Virus record (IMG/VR): IMGVR_UViG_3300020044_007591
Span: 1-51,682 of that record
Length of the DNA: 51,682 bases
Reading direction: 5' to 3' (one strand)
Source of the DNA: a virus
Lineage: Duplodnaviria; Caudoviricetes
Shown in pieces: positions 32,769-42,199 of this stretch (position 1 is the first letter of the stretch; every line of letters starts with the position of its first letter). Below the pieces are notes generated by a model that was not told where the DNA came from, made no database searches, and saw nothing but the letters and a program-made list of their open reading frames with translations. A program made the position numbers and the translations under genes.

Positions 32769-35261
32769 TTAACCACCGGGGTTGACGCCGGTTCCAGTAG
32801 AGACGGAGAACTTCTCCCCCGTCGCAATCTCAAGTTGGGCAAGATTCATGGCCGTTTGGTTGTCGGCGCTGTTCATACGCTCGCGGGTTGCAAGGTCAGC
32901 CGCTGTGCGCTGGTCATCGCCTTGTTGACGGATCTGTTCTCTGGCCAGATCCAGATCCAGTTGCTTCTGGCGAGCCGCCAATTCAGCTTGCTTGATCTGA
33001 ATATCTTGCTGCGCCTTAGCCTGATCATTTTGCAGACGAGCCTGATCGATCTGCGCACGCTGCTGAAGGGCTTGACCTTGCAGTTGAGCATTGAGCTGGG
33101 CAATCTGCATACTATTATCGGGGGGCATCTGAGGCTGCGGCTTGAACTGCTGAGCCGCTTGGTCAAGCTGCGTGAGATCTTGCCCAAACGATCCAAGTTG
33201 CTTTTCAATGAACTGCTGAACCTGAACAATTATCTTTGCTTGCTCGTTGGCATCTTCTTTGATCAGTTGTTGTTTCTGAGCCATGTCAACCGCGTTATGC
33301 GACTCGACAAGGTAGTAATTCAGCAAATGGTCCCGCAGATGGGTAGCGATTGGGTACATATACGTCTTGGCAATCACCGGGTTGCTGCCAAATAGCGGCG
33401 ATTTAAGAAACGCCATGTGCGTCATAATATGCGCCATATGATCTTGGTGCGGCAGAACGTATATAGGGCGGCTCATAGTTGCGGCCACGTTCTCAGACAC
33501 CGGGTCCATGTTTTCGCTGCCCGGCTTTGGCTGTAAAACCTCGGCTTCGGGCACTTTCATGTCGCGTAGAAAACGTTCCTCAACTTTTCTAGCGTCATAC
33601 ATTTGCGGCATAAGCGTTGCACGCTGCATAATTGCTTGAGTTTGGGCAAAACGCTGCGTATCGCTGAAAATAGCCGGATCGCTGACCGGAATAACGTCCA
33701 AAGGCCCGTCAAAATCAGACGGATCAATATCGAGGCCTGATTCTTGGGCTTTTATGTCCTCAATCGTCAAATATGCCGAGTTAATACGGTGCAGAATCTT
33801 TAAACACCGCGCCATTGAGCTATGAAGGCGCGAGTGGATGCTGCTAAACACCACCATCCCCTGCTCAATAAGCGCCATTGTAGTGCCGACAGGCTGTGCT
33901 GTGCTAGAATCAGACAGTTTTTCAAAGGATGTTTGAACAACGCCCTTACCTGCATCAACCAAAAAGCCCAAAAGCTGGAAAAGCGTCGGACTTGGGCCAT
34001 TAAATGGCAAAGGCATAGCAATTTTACGCACATCGTCGATCATCGCGCCGCCTTCAAGCTCGATAATCTCGGTCGGCTGTACGTTAATCGTCTGCCCGCC
34101 GGGGCCGCCTTTGAGCTTCAAGAGGGTTGGGACGTTCTGAATGTGCGCCGAATCTAGCAAAGCACGCAGTGCGCCGGTGGCCGCGCCACTCAGGCCACCA
34201 ATCATATGGGTGAGGCCGATTGGGTAGGCGCCGCGCCAAGGCACGAACGGAAACTCTACAATCCAATCTAGCTCCTTACGGCGCTCGTCATCGGGTTCCC
34301 AGTTTCTATATACGCTGAGAGCCTTACTGCTGCTTTTATCAATGCTGATAATATAGGGCTCTGTGTCATCGCCAAAATCTAGGCTCGTATAAATCTCGTA
34401 TACGGTTCGAAGGCCATCCTCGTTGTAACCAAGATCTTTGCGCCCCTCGATCTTGTCGTTAGCTTTAGAGCTTTCGCTAAAATCTGGATCATCAGGCGAG
34501 CCAACGTCTATATCCCGATACATGCCGGACTTAACGCGGTTTTGGAACTCCATCTCGGTTATGTACTGAACGTGTGTCTTGCGCTCCGCCGTATAGAAAT
34601 TGGTGGCCGAGAATGGAAGATATATATCGTCAATCGGGATAAACTCTGACGTTGGGCGAGAGTACTTAGAGCTCCACATGAACTTCATGTATTGCCCGCC
34701 ACCCAGCGGGAGTTGGGTGCTTAGTTGCTCAAGCTCGCCTCTGAACTCAGCCATCTGTTCAGTGAGCTGCCAGTTCATAAATGCTGACTTGCGTTGCCCT
34801 TTTTGAACTTTCTCGTGATCTTGAATACCAAGGATTTTGCTCTTCACCGGCCCATTTGGCGGAAAGACTTCTTTCATAAAGCGAGCGGAGAAATCTACGC
34901 AAGCTTCAACAAGCATTGGGTGCACAACCTTGTTGGCGCCAGTAAACTGAGCGCCTCCGGGGGCGTCATCGCCTAAGCCTGTACGGCGCAAACCCTCTTC
35001 GTATTGTTTGTCGCGCTTTTCACGGGCTTCTTTGTCTCTGTCGATTTTATCAAGAAGATCGTTTACTGCGGTCTTTAACATCGCCTGATCGACTTCATCA
35101 ACGATGTTTGCGAAATGCTCTAGGTGAACGCGCTCGTCTTTGTCGTTCTTCATGCGGATGATAGCGCCGCCATCTTCGGTATCTTCAATTTCGTTATCAA
35201 CATCCTCAAGCTGAATGTTTTCGCCTTCGGTTTGGTCGTCATCATTCAAGTTATCAGGCAT
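32769..35261 (-). CDS. Portal protein with long Gln-rich C-terminal barrel
   Basis: About 830 aa; HFAN, V.HP.L.EA.V.F, MNWQLTE.M.E, PVGTT.AL.E and PVSDP motifs; Q-rich coiled-coil tail as in P22-type portals. Confidence 0.85.
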   Translation of the reverse strand: MPDNLNDDDQTEGENIQLEDVDNEIEDTEDGGAIIRMKNDKDERVHLEHFANIVDEVDQAMLKTAVNDLLDKIDRDKEAREKRDKQYEEGLRRTGLGDDAPGGAQFTGANKVVHPMLVEACVDFSARFMKEVFPPNGPVKSKILGIQDHEKVQKGQRKSAFMNWQLTEQMAEFRGELEQLSTQLPLGGGQYMKFMWSSKYSRPTSEFIPIDDIYLPFSATNFYTAERKTHVQYITEMEFQNRVKSGMYRDIDVGSPDDPDFSESSKANDKIEGRKDLGYNEDGLRTVYEIYTSLDFGDDTEPYIISIDKSSSKALSVYRNWEPDDERRKELDWIVEFPFVPWRGAYPIGLTHMIGGLSGAATGALRALLDSAHIQNVPTLLKLKGGPGGQTINVQPTEIIELEGGAMIDDVRKIAMPLPFNGPSPTLFQLLGFLVDAGKGVVQTSFEKLSDSSTAQPVGTTMALIEQGMVVFSSIHSRLHSSMARCLKILHRINSAYLTIEDIKAQESGLDIDPSDFDGPLDVIPVSDPAIFSDTQRFAQTQAIMQRATLMPQMYDARKVEERFLRDMKVPEAEVLQPKPGSENMDPVSENVAATMSRPIYVLPHQDHMAHIMTHMAFLKSPLFGSNPVIAKTYMYPIATHLRDHLLNYYLVESHNAVDMAQKQQLIKEDANEQAKIIVQVQQFIEKQLGSFGQDLTQLDQAAQQFKPQPQMPPDNSMQIAQLNAQLQGQALQQRAQIDQARLQNDQAKAQQDIQIKQAELAARQKQLDLDLAREQIRQQGDDQRTAADLATRERMNSADNQTAMNLAQLEIATGEKFSVSTGTGVNPGG

Positions 35262-37920
35262 AATTTCCCTCACGGATGCTTGCTGCGATAGCGTCTATCT
35301 CTGCGGGGTCATAAACTGCAACAGGTCCGCCCTGCGCGTATTTACGACTCTTCTTTGAATACTTGCGATAGAGCTTCATAAGATTTTTGTTAACTGTGCC
35401 GCCGAGAGCGTAGTCGCCGTCTCCGCCGTCGCTGCTGTCGTTTTCTGGGCCTCCATCTTCAGGGCCTCCGTCTTCAGGACCGCCATCTTCAGGGCCTTCA
35501 GATTCAGACGCAGCTTCTTGCTGATCTTGCATTTCTTGAATGGCGTTTGAAAGTCCCATTGGACCACTCAACCCGAATGTTCCGTAGTTTATGTCGCCCA
35601 AAACATCAAGAGAGTCTAGCGGATCAAATGTGCCAGCAGGGTTTGTGCCCGCGACTAAGCCGTTAAAGTTTTCTTGGGGTGCGCCAACATTAGGCATTTG
35701 GCCCTCGCCAAACAAAGACAAGTCGCCGTTAATAATTCCTTGAGCAATAGCGGCGGCTCTTTCGTCACCAAACATTTCTTGTTGAACGGCAAGCCAGTCA
35801 GCCAACTGCTCAGGAGGGATTGAAACATTTGTTACAGACGATGGGAGTTGGCCATATGCACCCGCCAATGCTCTTGATTCATCAACAAAAGTAGATCTTC
35901 CAGCCCCAAGATAGCCGGGCAATGTTTCGTCAGCGCGGCTCGCAATTTTGCCGCTATCCGTAAACCCCGGCGAAACAAGATTGCCAACACCTCTCGATGA
36001 TGGCGCAAAACCCTCAATTGGTGACGGAAGCGCAGCCACGTTTGTGTTTGTAATTGGCGTGGTCGCCGCCGTCTGGGTTGATGTTGGGTTTGTTTGAGAA
36101 GACGTAATGACAGCCGCCTGCTGGGATGGCGATAGGTTTGACAAATTATAAGACTGCACAGCACCCGGTTGGTAGTTTGCATTGCTGTACGGAACCAGAT
36201 CATTGGTGTGAGGATCATACGCAACAGTCGCAGGGGTGTTTGTCGTAAAGTTTGTGCTTGTTGGTGTTTGCTGACTTGTATTGTCACCACGGGTAACACC
36301 CGCATTCATGGCCGAAACCATTTCGGCATATCTATCAGCTGCATCTTGACTCTGCGCGTCATCGGCAACCTTGTAACGCCGCGCCATTTCATTGAGCAGG
36401 TCTATGTTAGTTTGCGCAATGTCGGCTTGGCCACCAAGTGCGTAGCCTTTAACGGAGCCGCCGTGACTTTTAGTTATGTCTGGATTTTTCATATCGAAAG
36501 TTCCACGGTTGCCTGTAGCAGATTTAATTTGGCTAGGATCAAATACAACATAGTGAGTATGGTCTTGGCCCGTAGGATAAAATTGTTTTGTACGGTCATC
36601 CCATAATGTGTACGGACGTTGAATCATCACTCCGTCATACCCAGCGTTACGAGCGTTTTTTACGGCATCAGAATCTGTTGCTCCGCCGAACCTTTCCCAA
36701 AATTCTGCTGGATCTTTAACTACGAAAGGCTGTTCCATCCTAACGTGCAAAGGCATAACATTACGACCGCCCTGATGCGTTCCTGCATATGAGGATGCTT
36801 CATCAGTTAAATCGGTTGCGTAAACTCCCGGCCCAAACTCTCCGGTATTTGAAGGTTTGAACGTGCTAATGTCGGAAGCGGTGCCATGGTAAATTGTTTT
36901 AGGGCTACCGTCTTTATTCCGCACTACGCTGTAACCAAGCCAATCCTCAAGGTTTTTTGCACGTTCCGGACTATCATGCGGTATATATTTATCTTGATGA
37001 ATTTCATCTGCCAATTTACGCAAAGGCTCAGACCCGCCGCCGGATTTTTTATTTACTTTGTTAAGATGATTCCATATTTCATTTAATGTTTTATTTGTAA
37101 AAAAAACAGGAATTGATGATGCATTTTCATTTAACGCAGCAATTGTTCGGTGATGTCCATCAAGAACCATTGATCTATATTTGGTATCATATGGAGATCC
37201 CTCCACCAAAATAGGCGGAAGAGGCTCATTCTTTTGAATAACTGATTGCACTTCTTGTATTTGCTTTGCAGATTGAGGGCTTAATACGTCATTCCAAGAT
37301 TCCATTTCAAATGGATCAAGGGATTTGGGGTTATATTCATAATGCGCAGGAAGCTTTTTTTGCTTTTCTGCTATTTTAAGCAAATCCTCATGGGACGCTT
37401 TAGCTGGGTTATTTGGCTCAATTGCATATTTATCTAAAAAATCATTTTTGTTTAATTTTTTTGCATCTTCAAAAAAATTCCAACTAACTCCATTATGTGT
37501 TTTAACTGGTCCTGAACCTAACACCATTTCACCAGCGCGAACTGGAGCGCCAACAATACCGCCCATTACATTGCCAAGCTGGTTAATAAGATACTTGGTT
37601 GCACTCATCCGTTCCCAGTCTAGTGGATTGCCTTCCATGTCAACCGGAATTGGACCTTGATCAGTGTTGATAATATTGCTTGCCATCTTCGGCAGCTCGA
37701 CGCCAGTCTGATCGAGCTGCGCAAGCGTTGCTTCATCCATCAAGGATTTAAGGCGGTCTCTTGGGCGCTGCGTAAACGGCTCGGCTATTGCCCCGCCGAT
37801 AACGCTCATAGCTTTATTATACCAATCTGGTGTCTCGACCTCGCCAGTGTATTCGCCGCCGCTAGCGGGATACTTGCTCAGCATGTTTCTCAGGTCATCT
37901 TCCGTCATGTCTATCACCAC
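35254..37920 (-). CDS. Polyvalent protein: ParB-like domain, ADP-ribosyltransferase (ART-PolyVal-like) domain and low-complexity tail
   Basis: PPILV...VLDGHHR..A; V...DG.P...YHGT, G.GVY.T, A..YA, GYDG and VVF.PSQIKSA.GN.G.F motifs. Confidence 0.7.
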   Translation of the reverse strand: MVIDMTEDDLRNMLSKYPASGGEYTGEVETPDWYNKAMSVIGGAIAEPFTQRPRDRLKSLMDEATLAQLDQTGVELPKMASNIINTDQGPIPVDMEGNPLDWERMSATKYLINQLGNVMGGIVGAPVRAGEMVLGSGPVKTHNGVSWNFFEDAKKLNKNDFLDKYAIEPNNPAKASHEDLLKIAEKQKKLPAHYEYNPKSLDPFEMESWNDVLSPQSAKQIQEVQSVIQKNEPLPPILVEGSPYDTKYRSMVLDGHHRTIAALNENASSIPVFFTNKTLNEIWNHLNKVNKKSGGGSEPLRKLADEIHQDKYIPHDSPERAKNLEDWLGYSVVRNKDGSPKTIYHGTASDISTFKPSNTGEFGPGVYATDLTDEASSYAGTHQGGRNVMPLHVRMEQPFVVKDPAEFWERFGGATDSDAVKNARNAGYDGVMIQRPYTLWDDRTKQFYPTGQDHTHYVVFDPSQIKSATGNRGTFDMKNPDITKSHGGSVKGYALGGQADIAQTNIDLLNEMARRYKVADDAQSQDAADRYAEMVSAMNAGVTRGDNTSQQTPTSTNFTTNTPATVAYDPHTNDLVPYSNANYQPGAVQSYNLSNLSPSQQAAVITSSQTNPTSTQTAATTPITNTNVAALPSPIEGFAPSSRGVGNLVSPGFTDSGKIASRADETLPGYLGAGRSTFVDESRALAGAYGQLPSSVTNVSIPPEQLADWLAVQQEMFGDERAAAIAQGIINGDLSLFGEGQMPNVGAPQENFNGLVAGTNPAGTFDPLDSLDVLGDINYGTFGLSGPMGLSNAIQEMQDQQEAASESEGPEDGGPEDGGPEDGGPENDSSDGGDGDYALGGTVNKNLMKLYRKYSKKSRKYAQGGPVAVYDPAEIDAIAASIREGNYA
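35442..35498 (-). repeat. Coding tandem repeat (GPEDG)n
   Basis: GPEDGGPEDGGPEDGGPEN, degenerate 15-bp units. Confidence 0.7.
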
Positions 37921-38189
37921 TTAACCTTGTTGGCCCAATATGCAGCTGACTCTGGACCTCTAGCGATATTGCGAGCGTGACGAGCTTTGAACGATGCCCG
38001 CTTGGCTTTCATGCGATCAGACTCGCCCTCTTTGGGCTTGCCCGCTGTGCTTGCGCCTTGCTCGCCAAAATGGATGATCTTCTCTTTGCCGTCGTAGCAA
38101 GCTTTGACCACATGCGACTTGTTAGGGTTGCTAGGCGTGCGCTTGGGCTTATTGCAAGCCATCGCGTTTTTATCAATCTGCTTAGCCAT
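37914..38189 (-). CDS. Small basic protein
   Basis: K.H.V......K.IHFG..G, R.SF.ARH and SA.YWA....W pattern. Confidence 0.7.
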   Translation of the reverse strand: MAKQIDKNAMACNKPKRTPSNPNKSHVVKACYDGKEKIIHFGEQGASTAGKPKEGESDRMKAKRASFKARHARNIARGPESAAYWANKVKW

Positions 38190-38353
38190 CACTTGCCCCT
38201 CGCGGCACGCATATTGTCAACCAGATTTGGATAAGCGCGACCAGCTTTCTTTGCTGCCGCCTTGGCGCTTGCCTTCTTGCTTGACGACAGCTCTTTGCTT
38301 TCGCCAAGACCTTTAGGCCGTTTCTTATCCCAAATCGGTTTCTTTGCCATCAT
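38189..38353 (-). CDS. Small basic protein (54 aa, not in ORF track)
   Basis: AGGAG RBS; MMAKKPIWDKKRPKGLGESKELSSSKKASAKAAAKKAGRAYPNLVDNMRAARGK; TGATG coupling to the next gene. Confidence 0.7.
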   Translation of the reverse strand: MMAKKPIWDKKRPKGLGESKELSSSKKASAKAAAKKAGRAYPNLVDNMRAARGK

Positions 38354-38359
38354 CAGCTC

Positions 38360-39928
38360 CTAGGCTGCATAGGGGTTGGCATACTCACGCTTGAACTTCT
38401 TTTGCCCGTCTGGGTCTTTGGCTGTCGGCAGCTCAAACCACCCGTCGTTCTTCAAGTATATGATAGCCTGCGTAAACGTATCCACATAATCGTCGTGCTC
38501 AGCCACCGGAAACTTTGACAGCTGTTTTAGGAAAGCCGCCGCCCAGCTGACCGATTGTCCGGGATTCTTTTTTGACTCTGGAATCCACAATAGTCCTAGC
38601 TCTAGCGTCGGCGCAGCTTGATGAGCGCGGCTCGTCTTACTTGCGTTACCGGGATTATAGCCGATAGCGGGCACTTTTGCCAAACGAAAATCTTGAAGCA
38701 GACTCTGGCCGCTTGCCTTGGCTTCGACCAGCACTCGATCAGGCCTCCGAGCCCGACCGTAAGGAGAGTCCTTGGACATGCCACCGTACTCTGTCTGCCA
38801 ATCTTTGATTGCCCTTGCCCGCAAGTCAGGATAGCTCAAATGCTCGTCCCAAGCGTCGATCAGCATCACGTTACGCTCGCCCTTGATGCTGAACACCGCC
38901 CAGACGGTGCAGGCTGTCGGGTCTCCGGTCGTGTGCTCGGTGAACGCGCAATCGTATGACTGGAGAATGTATTCGAACGGCGGCAGAGCCTTGTCGGCTG
39001 GCCAGAGCTGGAATCGGCTAACGTCAAGGATTCCGCCCTCGGATGGCACCGGATCTTGCTGGAGCTGCCCAGCTGATCCGTAGGCGCCGAGGCTTTGCTT
39101 AAGGCTCGTGATCTCAGCCTCGCCAAATCGCGCTGGGCAGATCAACTCGCCCTTGGTCCGGCGCGGATCGTACGGCCCTAGCAACGTCTGGCGCGACTTA
39201 CCGTCCCATTCGGCAGGAATGCAGACGTGCTCCCAGCCGAGCTGCTCCAAGATGATGCCGCTAGCATCTCGTTCGTGCAGGCGCTGCATCACAGTTACCA
39301 TAGCGTCGCGCTTAGGATCGTTGAGCCGGGTAGCCCAGACCATGTTGAACCATTCAATAGTGGATTCGCGGATAACATCAGATTGGGCGTCTTTGGCCGA
39401 ATGCGGGTCATCGAGGATAAGGCGCGATCCGCCTTCGCCCGTAGCCGTGCCGCCAACCGAGGTGGCGATGCGATAGCCGGTTTTATCGTTCTCAAACCGT
39501 TGCTTAGCGTTTTGATCGCCTGCCAGCGAGAACAGATGACCCCAGCGGTCCTGATACCACGGGGACTGAATCAGCCGCCGCGCAGAAAGGTTGTCGCGGA
39601 TGCTGAGCGTGCTGGAATAAGACGCGCAGAGGTATTTGTGGTGCGGCGACGACAACCATTCCCACATCGGCCACATAACGCTTACAATCAAAGACTTAGA
39701 GTGCCGTGGCGGGATATTGATCAACAGCCTTCGGATCTCGCCCGCACTGACGGCTTCGAGATGCTCGCAGATAACCTCGATGTGCCAGCTGGGGACGAAC
39801 GTAACGCCCGGCTCAACCACGTGCCAAGCCTGTTTTACGAACTCATATAGCGACGCGCTCGCGGCGCGGCGGGACAACTCCTCCTCGACAATAACCCTCA
39901 TAGCTGCCGGAGAGACTGGGCCGTTCAT
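38360..39928 (-). CDS. terL: Terminase large subunit
   Basis: Walker A INIPPRHSKS, Walker B LILDDP, MQRLHE.D, nuclease SYD.A, E.KASG and HDD.VD. Confidence 0.93.
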   Translation of the reverse strand: MNGPVSPAAMRVIVEEELSRRAASASLYEFVKQAWHVVEPGVTFVPSWHIEVICEHLEAVSAGEIRRLLINIPPRHSKSLIVSVMWPMWEWLSSPHHKYLCASYSSTLSIRDNLSARRLIQSPWYQDRWGHLFSLAGDQNAKQRFENDKTGYRIATSVGGTATGEGGSRLILDDPHSAKDAQSDVIRESTIEWFNMVWATRLNDPKRDAMVTVMQRLHERDASGIILEQLGWEHVCIPAEWDGKSRQTLLGPYDPRRTKGELICPARFGEAEITSLKQSLGAYGSAGQLQQDPVPSEGGILDVSRFQLWPADKALPPFEYILQSYDCAFTEHTTGDPTACTVWAVFSIKGERNVMLIDAWDEHLSYPDLRARAIKDWQTEYGGMSKDSPYGRARRPDRVLVEAKASGQSLLQDFRLAKVPAIGYNPGNASKTSRAHQAAPTLELGLLWIPESKKNPGQSVSWAAAFLKQLSKFPVAEHDDYVDTFTQAIIYLKNDGWFELPTAKDPDGQKKFKREYANPYAA

Positions 39929-40326
39929 TTCTTTTCTTCGGCCTTGATCAACAGAGCCTGCATGGTCGCCAGCTCTGCATCGCTCAGACCGCGCAGATTG
40001 GCATCCGTAATAGCCAATGGTCCGCCGTTAGCTCCAGTGATTTCTCTGCGATCAACCTCGCGCCAACCGCCTCGCGTTTTCATCCAAAAGATAGCCGAAG
40101 CTACGGCGCCTGCGCCTTTACTTGTCGCTATTCGAAACAGGTTCTGAGCCACCTGCGCATTCATTATCGACGTAGCAGTGTCCAGCTCGGAGCTATAATA
40201 CTTGCGCAAAGTCTCATCGCTAACGCCAATGATTTTGGCAATTTGGTCTTGCGTAAGGCCGATTCCGGCCATAAGCGTAACCTGATTCCGATCTTTCTCA
40301 TTCGGTTCATGAGGTTTGCGGGACAT
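39925..40326 (-). CDS. terS: Terminase small subunit
   Basis: HTH (QIAKIIGVSDETLRKYY..EL), IFW.K.R.GW.E and EITGANGGP; directly upstream of terL. Confidence 0.8.
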   Translation of the reverse strand: MSRKPHEPNEKDRNQVTLMAGIGLTQDQIAKIIGVSDETLRKYYSSELDTATSIMNAQVAQNLFRIATSKGAGAVASAIFWMKTRGGWREVDRREITGANGGPLAITDANLRGLSDAELATMQALLIKAEEKK

Positions 40327-41590
40327 GTTTCATCTCATCAAAGGTTTTTCCAGTGGCTTCGTGGACAGCCTTCTGGCCGGTGAAGTCTTGCCAGCGGGTA
40401 ATAATAACATCGCAATACTTAGGGTCCAGCTCCATGAGGCGGGAGTAGCGTCCGTTCTTTTCAGCGGCGATCATTGTTGTGCCGGACCCGCCGAAGCTGT
40501 CGAGGACAATATCTCCGCCTTTGGTGTTGTTGAGGAGCTGATACTCGAACAGCGCCACCGGCTTCATGGTCGGGTGTTCGCCGTTGCGGGACGGCTTGTC
40601 GAACTCAAGGATCGTGGTCTGCTTACGGTCGGCAGCCCAAAGATGCCCGGCACCGTCCTTCCAGCCGTACAGGCACGGTTCGTGCTTCCAGTGGTAGTCC
40701 TGCCGCCCCATGACCAGCGATGATTTCTTCCAGATCAGGCATTGGCGGACAACCCAACCCGCATCCTTTGCCGCGCCCCGAAAGTTGTAGCCCTCCGAGT
40801 CGGCGTGCCAGATATAAAAGACGGCGCCCGGCTTCATAACCGCGTCGGCAGCAACGTAGGAATCTCGGAGGAACTGGCGAAACTGATCGTCACCCATGCT
40901 ATCGTTCTGGATCGTCAGCTTTTCTTTAGTACCGCCCTCATATGCTACGTTATATGGCGGGTCGGTTAACCACATATCCACGCGCTGCCCGGCGGCCAGC
41001 TTCTCAAGCTCTGCAATGCTAGTCGAGTCCCCGCACATCAAACGATGGTTCCCCATCACCCAAACGTCGCCCAGCACAGTCACGGGCTCGGCAGGCGGCT
41101 CCGGCACGGCATCCGGGTCCGTCAGGCCATCGGTCGGCTCAGCCAACAAATCGGCCAGCAACTTATCATCAAACCCAATTAGGCCAAGATCAAACCCAGA
41201 GAGATCAAGATCGCCAACCTCAACTTTGAGCAAGTCAATATCCCAGCCAGCATTTAGCGCCAGCTGGTTGTCCGCCAGCACATAAGCCCGTTTCTGGGCC
41301 TCGGACCAGCCGGACGCAACCATGACCGGCACATCGGTTAACCCCAGCTTACGGGCCGCCATAACGCGACCGTGGCCCGCTATAATACTTCCAGCTTCAT
41401 CAACCAGCACCGGCGTAGTCCAACCCCACTCTTTGACGGAGGCGGCAATTTGCGCGACCTGCGCATCGGAGTGAGTCCGGGCGTTGCGGGCATATGGAAT
41501 CAGGTCAGCAACCGGTCGGCGCTCAACCTTGTCCGCGGGCCACGCAACTTTATTTTTAGGGTCAAAATTAATCTTTTCCGCTGTCTTCAT
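40307..41590 (-). CDS. ParB-like domain fused to N4/N6 DNA methyltransferase
   Basis: PYARNAR.H...IIAGHGR...ADN; TDPPYN, HPTMKPV and DSFGGSGTT. Confidence 0.9.
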   Translation of the reverse strand: MKTAEKINFDPKNKVAWPADKVERRPVADLIPYARNARTHSDAQVAQIAASVKEWGWTTPVLVDEAGSIIAGHGRVMAARKLGLTDVPVMVASGWSEAQKRAYVLADNQLALNAGWDIDLLKVEVGDLDLSGFDLGLIGFDDKLLADLLAEPTDGLTDPDAVPEPPAEPVTVLGDVWVMGNHRLMCGDSTSIAELEKLAAGQRVDMWLTDPPYNVAYEGGTKEKLTIQNDSMGDDQFRQFLRDSYVAADAVMKPGAVFYIWHADSEGYNFRGAAKDAGWVVRQCLIWKKSSLVMGRQDYHWKHEPCLYGWKDGAGHLWAADRKQTTILEFDKPSRNGEHPTMKPVALFEYQLLNNTKGGDIVLDSFGGSGTTMIAAEKNGRYSRLMELDPKYCDVIITRWQDFTGQKAVHEATGKTFDEMKHVPQTS

Positions 41591-41616
41591 TTACAGACCT
41601 CGATGTTTATCCGGCG

Positions 41617-41645
41617 ACTTTAAGCTAAATAATCCTAATTCGCAA
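41617..41645 (-). promoter_or_regulatory. Promoter of the packaging/late operon
   Basis: Minus strand TTGCGA-17 nt-TAAAGT, ending 27 nt before the ATG at 41590. Confidence 0.6.
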
Positions 41646-41648
41646 GAA

Positions 41649-41684
41649 CCCTCGAAATTCCCCTCAAAATTCCCCTCGAAATTA
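41649..41684. repeat. Three tandem 12-bp direct repeats
   Basis: CCCTCGAAATTC / CCCTCAAAATTC / CCCTCGAAATTA. Confidence 0.85.
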
Positions 41685-41774
41685 AATCGCATATTCGCGG
41701 CGATTTTTAAGTTACTGAAATCATTAACAAATTAAATGCCCGAAAATATTTTTGCATTTTGTGCACTTTTCTTG

Positions 41775-41803
41775 TTGCAACCGGAAAAAAGTTCCGGTAT
41801 AAG
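41775..41803 (+). promoter_or_regulatory. Early promoter 1 with palindromic operator
   Basis: TTGCAA-17-TATAAG; ACCGGAA-N5-TTCCGGT at 41780-41798. Confidence 0.7.
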
Positions 41804-41854
41804 TATATTCATTGAAGCAAACCAACCCAAACCAAACCAACGGAGAACAAATCA

Positions 41855-42199
41855 ATGACCATCAAGATCCTCAACGAGACTTTTACCTCCACCGGCATCA
41901 GCGTTTACGGTGACATCGTCGGCACCGTTCAAATCGACCTTGGTTATGGCCGAGTCGTCACCGCCAAGGCCTGCAACTCTGTTCGGGGCGGCCTGTTGGT
42001 TGCTGGTTTCATTGGCCGCTACCGCACCAGCCAAAAGCCTTGGATCGCCAGTGTTAAGGGAACGAACGACAAGCTCTGGGTTGACTTTGGCCGCGACGAC
42101 CGTTCGGGCCGTTTCCATAAGCAAAACATGATCTCTTGGCAGCCTGACCTCTACGAGCAGATCGGCAATCCTAAGGCTTGGAACCCAATCGAAATTTAA
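41855..42199 (+). CDS. Early hypothetical protein
   Basis: 114 aa; GGAGA RBS after an (AAACC)n leader. Confidence 0.75.
   Translation: MTIKILNETFTSTGISVYGDIVGTVQIDLGYGRVVTAKACNSVRGGLLVAGFIGRYRTSQKPWIASVKGTNDKLWVDFGRDDRSGRFHKQNMISWQPDLYEQIGNPKAWNPIEI

Noticed and set aside
32262-33395. 377-aa plus-strand ORF
   Set aside because: Antisense shadow of the portal and three following genes; no recognisable motifs.
41690-41740. CtrA boxes (TTAA-N7-TTAA) or an IHF site
   Set aside because: TTAA spacings are wrong in the intergenic regions I inspected, and TAAGTTACTGAAAT has two mismatches to the IHF consensus. A full motif scan was not possible.
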